Source of the DNA: Nemertoderma westbladi
Taxonomy: Eukaryota > Animalia > Xenacoelomorpha
Length of the DNA: 64,000 nucleotides
Reading direction: 5' to 3'
Assembly (NCBI GenBank): GCA_032718475.1
Contig: JAUCBJ010009043.1
Location: 1-64,000, forward strand
Of this stretch, positions 24,045 to 39,500 are shown one piece after another. Every line of letters begins with the position of its first letter. Position 1 is the first letter of the stretch. Under the pieces are notes generated by a model, which had not been told where the DNA came from, ran no database searches, and worked only from the letters and a program-made list of their open reading frames with translations. The position numbers and the translations under genes were made by a program.

Positions 24045-24173
24045 TTTAACGAAGAAATTGACGACATAACGGATAATATTCCGTTGATATTGGGTGGCTC
24101 TGCTGCTCCTGATAAGCAACCGATCTGCATAAGCGATCTTGATCTACTCGATGACCTCACCGCTGATAAAGTG
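24045..24173 (+). CDS. Putative cassette exon 3, variant B (ends DKV)
   Basis: Same splice signals, open frame. Confidence 0.55.
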
Positions 24174-25234
24174 GTAAATTTACACACTTATATTATTTTG
24201 ATGATAAATTTAAAAGTTTATTTGAAGATTAATTCTAATATTACGGCAATTGTTTGTGGCTGTTACAACATTCCTGCAATTGTTTGTGGCTGTTACAACA
24301 TTGTGACAATTGATTGTGGCTGTCACAACATAACGACAATTGTTTGTAGCTGTCACAACATTCGTACAATTGTTTGTGGCAGTCCCAACATTGCGACAAC
24401 TGTTTATGGCTGTCACAACATTCAGACAATTGTTTGTGGCTGTTACAACATTGTGACAATTGATTGTGGCTGTCACAACATTACGACAATTGTTTGTAGC
24501 TGTCACAACATTCGTACAATTGTTTGTGGCTGTCACAACATTACGACAATTGTTTGTGGCTGTCACAACATTGCGAAAATTGTTTGTAGCTTTCACAACA
24601 TTACGACAATTGTTTGTTGCTGTCACAACATTACGACAATTGTTTGTGGCTGTAACAACATTGCGACAATTGTTTGTTGCTGTCACAACATTAAGACAAT
24701 TGTTTGTGGCTGTCACAACCTTGCGACAATTGTTTCTGACTGTCACAACATTACGATATATTTTGTGGCTGTCATAATATTGCGACAATTGTTTGTGGCT
24801 GTCACAATATTGCGACAATTGTTTTTGCCTGTCACAACATTACGACAATTGTTTGTGGCTGTCACAACATTCGGACAATTGTTTGTGGCTGTCACAACAT
24901 TACGACAATTGTTTGTGACTGTTACAACATTGCGACAATTGTTTGTGGCTGTCACAACATTCGGACAATTGTTTGTGGCAGTCCCAACATTGCGACAAAT
25001 GTTTGTGGCTGTCACAACATTCAGACAATTGTTTGTGGCTGTTACAAAATTACTACAATTGATTGTGGCTGTCACAATAATCCGAAGTTGTTTGTGACTG
25101 TCCCAACACAGTTAGTTTTAGCTGTAAGATATTGTGTGTGAAACTACCATGGTAAGAGGTTTGCAAGAGTTACTTTTTGCAAACCTGCAAGCATTGTTTA
25201 TTAACACAATCCAATGTATCTATATTTTTTCTAG

Positions 25235-25363
25235 TTTAGCGAAGAAATTGACGTCATAACGGATAATATTCCGTTGATATTGGGTGGCTCTGCTGCTCCT
25301 GATAAGCAACCGATCTGCATAAGCGATGTTGATCTGCTCGATGAACCCACCGCTGATAAAGAG
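25235..25363 (+). CDS. Putative cassette exon 4, variant C (FSEEIDV...DVDLLDEPTADKE)
   Basis: Same splice signals, open frame. Confidence 0.55.
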
Positions 25364-26378
25364 GTAAATTTACACACTTATATTATTTTGATGATAAATT
25401 TAAAAGTTTAATTGAAGATTAATTCTAATATTACGGCAATTGTTTGTGGCTGTTACAACATTGTGACAATTGTTTGTGGCTTTCAAAACATTACGAAAAT
25501 CGTTTGTTGCTGTCACAATATTACGACAGTTTGTTGTGGCTGTCACAACATTTCGACCATTGTTTGTGGCTTTCAAAACATTACGAAAATCGTTTGTTGC
25601 TGTCACAACATTGCGACAATTGTTTGTGGCTGTCTCAACATTACGAAAATTGTTTGTAGCTGTCACAATATTGAGACAATTGTTTGTGGCTGTCACAACA
25701 TTACGACAATTGTTTGTGGCTGTCACAACATTACGACAATTGTTTGTGGCTTTCAAAACATTACGAAAATCGTTTGTAGCTGTCACAACATTGCGACAAT
25801 TGTTTGTGGCTGTCTCAACATTACGAAAATTGTTTGTAGCTGTCCCGGTTGCACGGCATACTGCAACACAGCAGTTGTTCGTGGCTGATACAGAATTTCT
25901 CCATTGTTTGTGCGTATCACAAAACTACGACTATTGTTTGTGGCTGTCATAACATTCTGGCAATTGTTTGCGGCTGTCACAACATTCTGAAATTGTTTGT
26001 GACTGTCACAACATTACGAAAATTTTTTGTGGCTGTCATAATATTGCGACAATTGTTTGTGGCTGTCACAATATTGCGACAATTGCTTGTGGCTGTCACA
26101 ACATTACTACAATTGTTTGTGGGTGTCACAACATTCGTACAATTGTTTGTGGCAGTCCCAACATTGCGACAACTGTTTGTGGCTGTTACAAAATTACTAC
26201 AATTGATTGTGGCTGTTACAATATTCCGAAGTTGTTTGTGACTGTCCCAACACAGTTAGTTTTAGCTGTGAGATTTTGTGTGTGAAACTACCATGGTAAG
26301 AGGTTTGCAAGAGTTACTTTTTGCAAACCTGCAAGCATTGTTTCTTAACACAATCCAATGTATCTATATTTTTTCTAG

Positions 26379-26507
26379 TTTAACGAAGAAATTGACGACA
26401 TAACGGATAATATTCCGTTGATATTGGGTGGCTCTGCTGCTCCTGATAAGCAACCGATCTGCATAAGCGATCTTGATCTACTCGATGACCTCACCGCTGA
26501 TAAAGTG
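26379..26507 (+). CDS. Putative cassette exon 5, variant B
   Basis: Same splice signals, open frame. Confidence 0.55.
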
Positions 26508-27568
26508 GTAAATTTACACACTTATATTATTTTGATGATAAATTTAAAAGTTTATTTGAAGATTAATTCTAATATTACGGCAATTGTTTGTGGCTGTTAC
26601 AACATTCCTGCAATTGTTTGTGGCTGTTACAACATTGTGACAATTGATTGTGGCTGTCACAACATAACGACAATTGTTTGTAGCTGTCACAACATTCGTA
26701 CAATTGTTTGTGGCAGTCCCAACATTGCGACAACTGTTTATGGCTGTCACAACATTCAGACAATTGTTTGTGGCTGTTACAACATTGTGACAATTGATTG
26801 TGGCTGTCACAACATTACGACAATTGTTTGTAGCTGTCACAACATTCGTACAATTGTTTGTGGCTGTCACAACATTACGACAATTGTTTGTGGCTGTCAC
26901 AACATTGCGAAAATTGTTTGTAGCTTTCACAACATTACGACAATTGTTTGTTGCTGTCACAACATTACGACAATTGTTTGTGGCTGTAACAACATTGCGA
27001 CAATTGTTTGTTGCTGTCACAACATTACGACAATTGTTTGTGGCTGTCACAACCTTGCGACAATTGTTTCTGACTGTCACAACATTACGATATATTTTGT
27101 GGCTGTCATAATATTGCGACAATTGTTTGTGGCTGTCACAATATTGCGACAATTGTTTTTGCCTGTCACAACATTACGACAATTGTTTGTGGCTGTCACA
27201 ACATTCGGACAATTGTTTGTGGCTGTCACAACATTACGACAATTGTTTGTGACTGTTACAACATTGCGACAATTGTTTGTGGCTGTCACAACATTCGGAC
27301 AATTGTTTGTGGCAGTCCCAACATTGCGACAAATGTTTGTGGCTGTCACAACATTCAGACAATTGTTTGTGGCTGTTACAAAATTACTACAATTGATTGT
27401 GGCTGTCACAATAATCCGAAGTTGTTTGTGACTGTCCCAACACAGTTAGTTTTAGCTGTAAGATATTGTGTGTGAAACTACCATGGTAAGAGGTTTGCAA
27501 GAGTTACTTTTTGCAAACCTGCAAGCATTGTTTATTAACACAATCCAATGTATCTATATTTTTTCTAG

Positions 27569-27697
27569 TTTAGCGAAGAAATTGACGTCATAACGGATAA
27601 TATTCCGTTGATATTGGGTGGCTCTGCTGCTCCTGATAAGCAACCGATCTGCATAAGCGATGTTGATCTGCTCGATGAACCCACCGCTGATAAAGAG
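27569..27697 (+). CDS. Putative cassette exon 6, variant C
   Basis: Same splice signals, open frame. Confidence 0.55.
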
Positions 27698-28861
27698 GTA
27701 AATTTACACACTTATATTATTTTGATGATAAATTTAAAAGTTTAATTGAAGATTAATTCTAATATTACGGCAATTGTTTGTGGCTGTTACAACATTGTGA
27801 CAATTGTTTGTGGCTTTCAAAACATTACGAAAATCGTTTGTTGCTGTCACAATATTACGACAGTTTGTTGTGGCTGTCACAACATTTCGACCATTGTTTG
27901 TGGCTTTCAAAACATTACGAAAATCGTTTGTTGCTGTCACAACATTGCGACAATTGTTTGTGGCTGTCTCAACATTACGAAAATTGTTTGTAGCTGTCAC
28001 AATATTGAGACAATTGTTTGTGGCTGTCACAACATTACGACAATTGTTTGTGGCTGTCACAACATTACGACAATTGTTTGTGGCTTTCAAAACATTACGA
28101 AAATCGTTTGTAGCTGTCACAACATTGCGACAATTGTTTGTGGCTGTCTCAACATTACGAAAATTGTTTGTAGCTGTCCCGGTTGCACGGCATACTGCAA
28201 CACAGCAGTTGTTCGTGGCTGATACAGAATTTCTCCATTGTTTGTGCGTATCACAAAACTACGACTATTGTTTGTGGCTGTCATAACATTCTGGCAATTG
28301 TTTGCGGCTGTCACAACATTCTGAAATTGTTTGTGACTGTCACAACATTACGAAAATTTTTTGTGGCTGTCATAATATTGCGACAATTGTTTGTGGCTGT
28401 CACAATATTGCGACAATTGCTTGCGGCTGTCACAACATTACTACAATTGTTTGTGGCTGTCACAACATTTGGACAATTGTTTGTGGCTGTCTCAACATTC
28501 GGACAATTGTTTGTGGCTGTCACAACATTACGACAATTGTTTGTGGCTGTTACAACATTGCGACAAATGTTTGTGGCTGTCACAACATTCGGACAATTGT
28601 TTGTGGCAGTCCCAACATTGCGACAACTGTTTGTGGCTGTCACAACATTCAGACAATTGTTTGTGGCTGTCACAAAATTACTACAATTTATTGTGGCTGT
28701 CACAATATTCGGAAAATTTTGTTAGTGTCCCAACACAGTTAGTTTTAGCTGTGAGATTTTGTGTGTGAAACTACCATGGTAAGAGGTTTGCAAGAGTTAC
28801 TTTTTGCAAACCTGCAAGCATTGTTTATTAACACAATCCAATGTATCTATATTTTTTCTAG

Positions 28862-28990
28862 TTTAACGAAGAAATTGACAACATAACGGTTAATATTCAG
28901 TTGATATTGGGTGGCTCTGCTGCTCCTGATAAGCAACCGATCTGCATAAGCGATGTTGATCTGCTCGATGACCTCATCGCTGATAAAGAG
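28862..28990 (+). CDS. Putative cassette exon 7, variant D (DNITVNIQ...LIADKE)
   Basis: Same splice signals, open frame. Confidence 0.55.
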
Positions 28991-31774
28991 GTAAATTTAC
29001 ACACTTATATTATTTTGATGATAAATTTAAAAGTTTATTTGAAGATTAATTCTAATATTACGGCAATTGTTTGCGGCTGTTACAACATTCCTGCAATTGT
29101 TTGTGGTTGTCACAACATTGCGACAATTGATTGTGGCTGTCACAATATTACGACAATTGTTTGTGGTTGTCACAACATTGCGACAATTGTTTGTGGCTGT
29201 CACAATATTCCGAAAATTTTTTGTGGCTGTCACAATATTACGACAATTGTTTGTGGCTGTCGCAACATTAGGATAATTGTTTGTAGCTGTCACAACATTC
29301 GGACAATTTTTTGTGGCCGTCACAACATTACGACAATTGTTTGTAGCTGTCACAATATTACGACAATTGTTTGTGGCTGTCGTAACATTACGACAATTGT
29401 TTGTGGCTGTCACAACATTACGACAATTGTTTGTGGCTGTCACAACATTGTGACAATTGATTGTGGCTGTCACAATATTACGACAATTGTTTGTAGCTGT
29501 CACAATATTACGACAATTCTTTGTGGCTGTCATTACATTGCGACAATTGTATGTGGCTGTCACAAGATTGCTACAATTGTTTGTGGTTGTCACAACATTG
29601 CGACAATTGTTTGTGGCTGTCACAATAATCCGAAAATTTTTTGTGGCTGCCACAATATTACGACAATTGTTTGTGGCTGTCGCAACATTAGGACAATTGT
29701 TTGTGGCTGTCACAACATTCGGACAATTGTTTATGGCCATCACAACATTACGACAATTGTTTGTGGTTGTCACAACATTACGACAATTGTTTGTGGCTGT
29801 TACAACATTCGGACAATTGTTTGTGGCCGTCACAACATTACGACAATTGTTTGTAGCTGTCACAATATTACGACAATTGTTTGTGGCTGTCGCAATATTA
29901 CAACAATTGTTTGTGGCTGTCACAACATTCGGACAATTGTTTGTGGTCGTCACAACATTACGACAATTGTTTGTGGTTGTCACAACATTACGACAATTTT
30001 TTACGGCTGTCACAACAATCCGGCAATTGTTTGCGGCTGTCACAACATTCCGGAAATTGTTTGTAGCTGTCACAACAATACGACTATTATTTGTGGCTGT
30101 CACACCATTACGACAATTGTTTGTGGCTGTCACAACATTCCGACAATTGTTTGCGGCTGTTACAATATTACGACAATTGTTTGTGGCTGTCACAACGTTA
30201 CGAAAATTGTTTTCTGCTGTCACAATATTCCGACAATTGTTTGCGGCTGTCACAATATTACGACAATTGTTTGTGGCTGTCAAAACATTACGACAATTGT
30301 TTGTGGCTGTCACAACCTTGCGACAATTGTTTGTTGCTGTCACAACATTGCGACAATTTTTTGTGGCTATCACAACATTTCGACCATTGTTTGCGGCTGT
30401 CACAATATTACGACAATTGTTTGTGGCTGTCACAACATTACGACAATTGTTTGTGGCTGTCACAACCTTGCGATAATTGTTTGTGGCTGTCACAACATTG
30501 CGACAATTTGTTGTGGCTGTCACAACATTTCGACCATTTTTTGTGGCTGTCACAACATTCCGGCAATTGTACGCGGCTGTCACAACATTACGACAATTGT
30601 TTGTAGCTGTCACAATACTGCGACAATTGTTTGTGGCTGTCTCAACATTCCGACAATTGTTTGTAGCTGTCCCGGTTGCACGGCAGACTGCTACACTGCA
30701 GTTGTTTGTGGCTGATGCAGAATTCCTCCATTGTTTGTGCGTATTACAAAACTACGACATTTGTTTGTGGCTGTCACAACATTCCGGCATTTGTTTGCAA
30801 ATGTTACAACATTCTGAAATTTTTTGTGACTGTCACAACATTACGACAATTTATTGTGGCTGTCACAATATTGCTACAATTGTTTGTGGCTATCACAATA
30901 TTGCGACAATTGTTTGTAGCTGTCACAACATTCGTACAATTGTTTGTGGCTGTCACAACATTACGACAATTGTTTGTAGCTGTCACAACATTCGTACAAT
31001 TGTTTGTGGCAGTCACAACATTACGACAATTGTTTGTGGCTGTCACAACATTGCGACAATTGTTTGTAGCTGTCACAACATTACGACAATTGTTTGTGGT
31101 TGTCACAACATTACGACAATTGTTTGTGGCTGTTACAACATTGTGACAATTGATTGTGGCTGTCACAACATTACGACAATTGTTTGTAGCTGTCACAACA
31201 TTCGTACAATTGTTTGTGGCTGTCACAACATTACGACAATTGTTTGTGGCTGTCACAACATTGCGACAATTGTTTGTAGCTGTCACAACATTACGACAAT
31301 TGTTTGTTGCTGTCACAACATTACGACAATTGTTTGTGGCTGTAACAACATTGCGACAATTGTTTGTGGCTGTCACAACATTACGACAATTGTTTGTGGC
31401 TGTCACAACCTTGCGACAATTGTTTGTGACTGTCACAACATTACGATATTTTTTGTGGCTGTCAAAATATTTCGACAATTGTTTGTGGCTGTCACAATAT
31501 TGCGACAATTGTTTTTGGCTGTCACAACATTACGACAATTGTTTGTGGCAGTCCCAACATTGCGACAACTGTTTGTGGCTGTTACAAAATTACTACAATT
31601 GATTGTGGCTGTTACAATATTCCGAAGTTGTTTGTGACTGTCCCAACACAGTTAGTTTTAGCTGTGAGATTTTGTGTGTGAAACTACCATGGTAAGAGGT
31701 TTGCAAGAGTTACTTTTTGCAAACCTGCAAGCATTGTTTCTTAACACAATCCAATGTATCTATATTTTTTCTAG

Positions 31775-31903
31775 TTTAACGAAGAAATTGACGACATAAC
31801 GGATAATATTCCGTTGATATTGGGTGGCTCTGCTGCTCCTGATAAGCAACCGATCTGCATAAGCGATCTTGATCTACTCGATGACCTCACCGCTGATAAA
31901 GTG
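31775..31903 (+). CDS. Putative cassette exon 8, variant B
   Basis: Same splice signals, open frame. Confidence 0.55.
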
Positions 31904-34900
31904 GTAAATTTACACACTTATATTATTTTGATGATAAATTTAAAAGTTTATTTGAAGATTAATTCTAATATTACGGCAATTGTTTGTGGCTGTTACAACA
32001 TTCCTGCAATTGTTTGTGGCTGTTACAACATTGTGACAATTGATTGTGGCTGTCACAACATAACGACAATTGTTTGTAGCTGTCACAACATTCGTACAAT
32101 TGTTTGTGGCAGTCCCAACATTGCGACAACTGTTTATGGCTGTCACAACATTCAGACAATTGTTTGTGGCTGTTACAACATTGTGACAATTGATTGTGGC
32201 TGTCACAACATTACGACAATTGTTTGTAGCTGTCACAACATTCGTACAATTGTTTGTGGCTGTCACAACATTACGACAATTGTTTGTGGCTGTCACAACA
32301 TTGCGAAAATTGTTTGTAGCTTTCACAACATTACGACAATTGTTTGTTGCTGTCACAACATTACGACAATTGTTTGTGGCTGTAACAACATTGCGACAAT
32401 TGTTTGTTGCTGTCACAACATTACGACAATTGTTTGTGGCTGTCACAACCTTGCGACAATTGTTTCTGACTGTCACAACATTACGATATATTTTGTGGCT
32501 GTCATAATATTGCGACAATTGTTTGTGGCTGTCACAATATTGCGACAATTGTTTTTGCCTGTCACAACATTACGACAATTGTTTGTGGCTGTCACAACAT
32601 TCGGACAATTGTTTGTGGCTGTCACAACATTACGACAATTGTTTGTGACTGTTACAACATTGCGACAATTGTTTGTGGCTGTCACAACATTCGGACAATT
32701 GTTTGTGGCAGTCCCAACATTACGACAATTTTTTACGGCTGTCACAACAATCCGGCAATTGTTTGCGGCTGTCACAACATTCCGGAAATTGTTTGTAGCT
32801 GTCACAACAATACGACTATTATTTGTGGCTGTCACACCATTACGACAATTGTTTGTGGCTGTCACAACATTCCGACAATTGTTTGCGGCTGTTACAATAT
32901 TACGACAATTGTTTGTGGCTGTCACAACGTTACGAAAATTGTTTTCTGCTGTCACAATATTCCGACAATTGTTTGCGGCTGTCACAATATTACGACAATT
33001 GTTTGTGGCTGTCAAAACATTACGACAATTGTTTGTGGCTGTCACAACCTTGCGACAATTGTTTGTTGCTGTCACAACATTGCGACAATTTTTTGTGGCT
33101 ATCACAACATTTCGACCATTGTTTGCGGCTGTCACAATATTACGACAATTGTTTGTGGCTGTCACAACATTACGACAATTGTTTGTGGCTGTCACAACCT
33201 TGCGATAATTGTTTGTGGCTGTCACAACATTGCGACAATTTGTTGTGGCTGTCACAACATTTCGACCATTTTTTGTGGCTGTCACAACATTCCGGCAATT
33301 GTACGCGGCTGTCACAACATTACGACAATTGTTTGTAGCTGTCACAATACTGCGACAATTGTTTGTGGCTGTCTCAACATTCCGACAATTGTTTGTAGCT
33401 GTCCCGGTTGCACGGCAGACTGCTACACTGCAGTTGTTTGTGGCTGATGCAGAATTCCTCCATTGTTTGTGCGTATTACAAAACTACGACATTTGTTTGT
33501 GGCTGTCACAACATTCCGGCATTTGTTTGCAAATGTTACAACATTCTGAAATTTTTTGTGACTGTCACAACATTACGACAATTTATTGTGGCTGTCACAA
33601 TATTGCTACAATTGTTTGTGGCTATCACAATATTACGACAATTGTTTGTGGTTGTCACAACATTACGACAATTTTTTACGGCTGTCACAACAATCCGGCA
33701 ATTGTTTGCGGCTGTCACAACATTCCGGAAATTGTTTGTAGCTGTCACAACAATACGACTATTATTTGTGGCTGTCACACCATTACGACAATTGTTTGTG
33801 GCTGTCACAACATTCCGACAATTGTTTGCGGCTGTTACAATATTACGACAATTGTTTGTGGCTGTCACAACGTTACGAAAATTGTTTTCTGCTGTCACAA
33901 TATTCCGACAATTGTTTGCGGCTGTCACAATATTACGACAATTGTTTGTGGCTGTCAAAACATTACGACAATTGTTTGTGGCTGTCACAACCTTGCGACA
34001 ATTGTTTGTTGCTGTCACAACATTGCGACAATTTTTTGTGGCTATCACAACATTTCGACCATTGTTTGCGGCTGTCACAATATTACGACAATTGTTTGTG
34101 GCTGTCACAACATTACGACAATTGTTTGTGGCTGTCACAACCTTGCGATAATTGTTTGTGGCTGTCACAACATTGCGACAATTTGTTGTGGCTGTCACAA
34201 CATTTCGACCATTTTTTGTGGCTGTCACAACATTCCGGCAATTGTACGCGGCTGTCACAACATTACGACAATTGTTTGTAGCTGTCACAATACTGCGACA
34301 ATTGTTTGTGGCTGTCTCAACATTCCGACAATTGTTTGTAGCTGTCCCGGTTGCACGGCAGACTGCTACACTGCAGTTGTTTGTGGCTGATGCAGAATTC
34401 CTCCATTGTTTGTGCGTATTACAAAACTACGACATTTGTTTGTGGCTGTCACAACATTCCGGCATTTGTTTGCAAATGTTACAACATTCTGAAATTTTTT
34501 GTGACTGTCACAACATTACGACAATTTATTGTGGCTGTCACAATATTGCTACAATTGTTTGTGGCTATCACAATATTGCGACAATTGTTTGTAGCTGTCA
34601 CAACATTCGTACAATTGTTTGTGGCTGTCACAACATTACGACAATTGTTTGTAGCTGTCACAACATTCGTACAATTGTTTGTGGCAGTCACAACATTACG
34701 ACAATTGTTTGTGGCTGTCACAACATTGCGACAATTGTTTGTAGCTGTCACAACATTACGACAATTGTTTGTGGTTGTCACAACATTACGACAATTGTTT
34801 GTGGCTGTTACAACATTGTGACAATTGATTGTGGCTGTCACAACATTACGACAATTGTTTGTAGCTGTCACAACATTCGTACAATTGTTTGTGGCTGTCA

Positions 34901-35449
34901 CAACATTACGACAATTGTTTGTGGCTGTCACAACATTGCGACAATTGTTTGTAGCTGTCACAACATTACGACAATTGTTTGTTGCTGTCACAACATTACG
35001 ACAATTGTTTGTGGCTGTAACAACATTGCGACAATTGTTTGTGGCTGTCACAACATTACGACAATTGTTTGTGGCTGTCACAACCTTGCGACAATTGTTT
35101 GTGACTGTCACAACATTACGATATTTTTTGTGGCTGTCAAAATATTTCGACAATTGTTTGTGGCTGTCACAATATTGCGACAATTGTTTTTGGCTGTCAC
35201 AACATTACGACAATTGTTTGTGGCAGTCCCAACATTGCGACAACTGTTTGTGGCTGTTACAAAATTACTACAATTGATTGTGGCTGTTACAATATTCCGA
35301 AGTTGTTTGTGACTGTCCCAACACAGTTAGTTTTAGCTGTGAGATTTTGTGTGTGAAACTACCATGGTAAGAGGTTTGCAAGAGTTACTTTTTGCAAACC
35401 TGCAAGCATTGTTTCTTAACACAATCCAATGTATCTATATTTTTTCTAG

Positions 35450-35578
35450 TTTAACGAAGAAATTGACGACATAACGGATAATATTCCGTTGATATTGGGT
35501 GGCTCTGCTGCTCCTGATAAGCAACCGATCTGCATAAGCGATCTTGATCTACTCGATGACCTCACCGCTGATAAAGTG
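35450..35578 (+). CDS. Putative cassette exon 9, variant B
   Basis: Same splice signals, open frame. Confidence 0.55.
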
Positions 35579-38181
35579 GTAAATTTACACACTTATATTA
35601 TTTTGATGATAAATTTAAAAGTTTATTTGAAGATTAATTCTAATATTACGGCAATTGTTTGTGGCTGTTACAACATTCCTGCAATTGTTTGTGGCTGTTA
35701 CAACATTGTGACAATTGATTGTGGCTGTCACAACATAACGACAATTGTTTGTAGCTGTCACAACATTCGTACAATTGTTTGTGGCAGTCCCAACATTGCG
35801 ACAACTGTTTATGGCTGTCACAACATTCAGACAATTGTTTGTGGCTGTTACAACATTGTGACAATTGATTGTGGCTGTCACAACATTACGACAATTGTTT
35901 GTAGCTGTCACAACATTCGTACAATTGTTTGTGGCTGTCACAACATTACGACAATTGTTTGTGGCTGTCACAACATTGCGAAAATTGTTTGTAGCTTTCA
36001 CAACATTACGACAATTGTTTGTTGCTGTCACAACATTACGACAATTGTTTGTGGCTGTAACAACATTGCGACAATTGTTTGTTGCTGTCACAACATTACG
36101 ACAATTGTTTGTGGCTGTCACAACCTTGCGACAATTGTTTCTGACTGTCACAACATTACGATATATTTTGTGGCTGTCATAATATTGCGACAATTGTTTG
36201 TGGCTGTCACAATATTGCGACAATTGTTTTTGCCTGTCACAACATTACGACAATTGTTTGTGGCTGTCACAACATTCGGACAATTGTTTGTGGCTGTCAC
36301 AACATTACGACAATTGTTTGTGACTGTTACAACATTGCGACAATTGTTTGTGGCTGTCACAACATTCGGACAATTGTTTGTGGCAGTCCCAACATTACGA
36401 CAATTTTTTACGGCTGTCACAACAATCCGGCAATTGTTTGCGGCTGTCACAACATTCCGGAAATTGTTTGTAGCTGTCACAACAATACGACTATTATTTG
36501 TGGCTGTCACACCATTACGACAATTGTTTGTGGCTGTCACAACATTCCGACAATTGTTTGCGGCTGTTACAATATTACGACAATTGTTTGTGGCTGTCAC
36601 AACGTTACGAAAATTGTTTTCTGCTGTCACAATATTCCGACAATTGTTTGCGGCTGTCACAATATTACGACAATTGTTTGTGGCTGTCAAAACATTACGA
36701 CAATTGTTTGTGGCTGTCACAACCTTGCGACAATTGTTTGTTGCTGTCACAACATTGCGACAATTTTTTGTGGCTATCACAACATTTCGACCATTGTTTG
36801 CGGCTGTCACAATATTACGACAATTGTTTGTGGCTGTCACAACATTACGACAATTGTTTGTGGCTGTCACAACCTTGCGATAATTGTTTGTGGCTGTCAC
36901 AACATTGCGACAATTTGTTGTGGCTGTCACAACATTTCGACCATTTTTTGTGGCTGTCACAACATTCCGGCAATTGTACGCGGCTGTCACAACATTACGA
37001 CAATTGTTTGTAGCTGTCACAATACTGCGACAATTGTTTGTGGCTGTCTCAACATTCCGACAATTGTTTGTAGCTGTCCCGGTTGCACGGCAGACTGCTA
37101 CACTGCAGTTGTTTGTGGCTGATGCAGAATTCCTCCATTGTTTGTGCGTATTACAAAACTACGACATTTGTTTGTGGCTGTCACAACATTCCGGCATTTG
37201 TTTGCAAATGTTACAACATTCTGAAATTTTTTGTGACTGTCACAACATTACGACAATTTATTGTGGCTGTCACAATATTGCTACAATTGTTTGTGGCTAT
37301 CACAATATTGCGACAATTGTTTGTAGCTGTCACAACATTCGTACAATTGTTTGTGGCTGTCACAACATTACGACAATTGTTTGTAGCTGTCACAACATTC
37401 GTACAATTGTTTGTGGCAGTCACAACATTACGACAATTGTTTGTGGCTGTCACAACATTGCGACAATTGTTTGTAGCTGTCACAACATTACGACAATTGT
37501 TTGTGGTTGTCACAACATTACGACAATTGTTTGTGGCTGTTACAACATTGTGACAATTGATTGTGGCTGTCACAACATTACGACAATTGTTTGTAGCTGT
37601 CACAACATTCGTACAATTGTTTGTGGCTGTCACAACATTACGACAATTGTTTGTGGCTGTCACAACATTGCGACAATTGTTTGTAGCTGTCACAACATTA
37701 CGACAATTGTTTGTTGCTGTCACAACATTACGACAATTGTTTGTGGCTGTAACAACATTGCGACAATTGTTTGTGGCTGTCACAACATTACGACAATTGT
37801 TTGTGGCTGTCACAACCTTGCGACAATTGTTTGTGACTGTCACAACATTACGATATTTTTTGTGGCTGTCAAAATATTTCGACAATTGTTTGTGGCTGTC
37901 ACAATATTGCGACAATTGTTTTTGGCTGTCACAACATTACGACAATTGTTTGTGGCAGTCCCAACATTGCGACAACTGTTTGTGGCTGTTACAAAATTAC
38001 TACAATTGATTGTGGCTGTTACAATATTCCGAAGTTGTTTGTGACTGTCCCAACACAGTTAGTTTTAGCTGTGAGATTTTGTGTGTGAAACTACCATGGT
38101 AAGAGGTTTGCAAGAGTTACTTTTTGCAAACCTGCAAGCATTGTTTCTTAACACAATCCAATGTATCTATATTTTTTCTAG

Positions 38182-38310
38182 TTTAACGAAGAAATTGACG
38201 ACATAACGGATAATATTCCGTTGATATTGGGTGGCTCTGCTGCTCCTGATAAGCAACCGATCTGCATAAGCGATCTTGATCTACTCGATGACCTCACCGC
38301 TGATAAAGTG
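38182..38310 (+). CDS. Putative cassette exon 10, variant B
   Basis: Same splice signals, open frame. Confidence 0.55.
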
Positions 38311-39371
38311 GTAAATTTACACACTTATATTATTTTGATGATAAATTTAAAAGTTTATTTGAAGATTAATTCTAATATTACGGCAATTGTTTGTGGCTGT
38401 TACAACATTCCTGCAATTGTTTGTGGCTGTTACAACATTGTGACAATTGATTGTGGCTGTCACAACATAACGACAATTGTTTGTAGCTGTCACAACATTC
38501 GTACAATTGTTTGTGGCAGTCCCAACATTGCGACAACTGTTTATGGCTGTCACAACATTCAGACAATTGTTTGTGGCTGTTACAACATTGTGACAATTGA
38601 TTGTGGCTGTCACAACATTACGACAATTGTTTGTAGCTGTCACAACATTCGTACAATTGTTTGTGGCTGTCACAACATTACGACAATTGTTTGTGGCTGT
38701 CACAACATTGCGAAAATTGTTTGTAGCTTTCACAACATTACGACAATTGTTTGTTGCTGTCACAACATTACGACAATTGTTTGTGGCTGTAACAACATTG
38801 CGACAATTGTTTGTTGCTGTCACAACATTACGACAATTGTTTGTGGCTGTCACAACCTTGCGACAATTGTTTCTGACTGTCACAACATTACGATATATTT
38901 TGTGGCTGTCATAATATTGCGACAATTGTTTGTGGCTGTCACAATATTGCGACAATTGTTTTTGCCTGTCACAACATTACGACAATTGTTTGTGGCTGTC
39001 ACAACATTCGGACAATTGTTTGTGGCTGTCACAACATTACGACAATTGTTTGTGACTGTTACAACATTGCGACAATTGTTTGTGGCTGTCACAACATTCG
39101 GACAATTGTTTGTGGCAGTCCCAACATTGCGACAAATGTTTGTGGCTGTCACAACATTCAGACAATTGTTTGTGGCTGTTACAAAATTACTACAATTGAT
39201 TGTGGCTGTCACAATAATCCGAAGTTGTTTGTGACTGTCCCAACACAGTTAGTTTTAGCTGTAAGATATTGTGTGTGAAACTACCATGGTAAGAGGTTTG
39301 CAAGAGTTACTTTTTGCAAACCTGCAAGCATTGTTTATTAACACAATCCAATGTATCTATATTTTTTCTAG

Positions 39372-39500
39372 TTTAGCGAAGAAATTGACGTCATAACGGA
39401 TAATATTCCGTTGATATTGGGTGGCTCTGCTGCTCCTGATAAGCAACCGATCTGCATAAGCGATGTTGATCTGCTCGATGAACCCACCGCTGATAAAGAG
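39372..39500 (+). CDS. Putative cassette exon 11, variant C
   Basis: Same splice signals, open frame. Confidence 0.55.
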
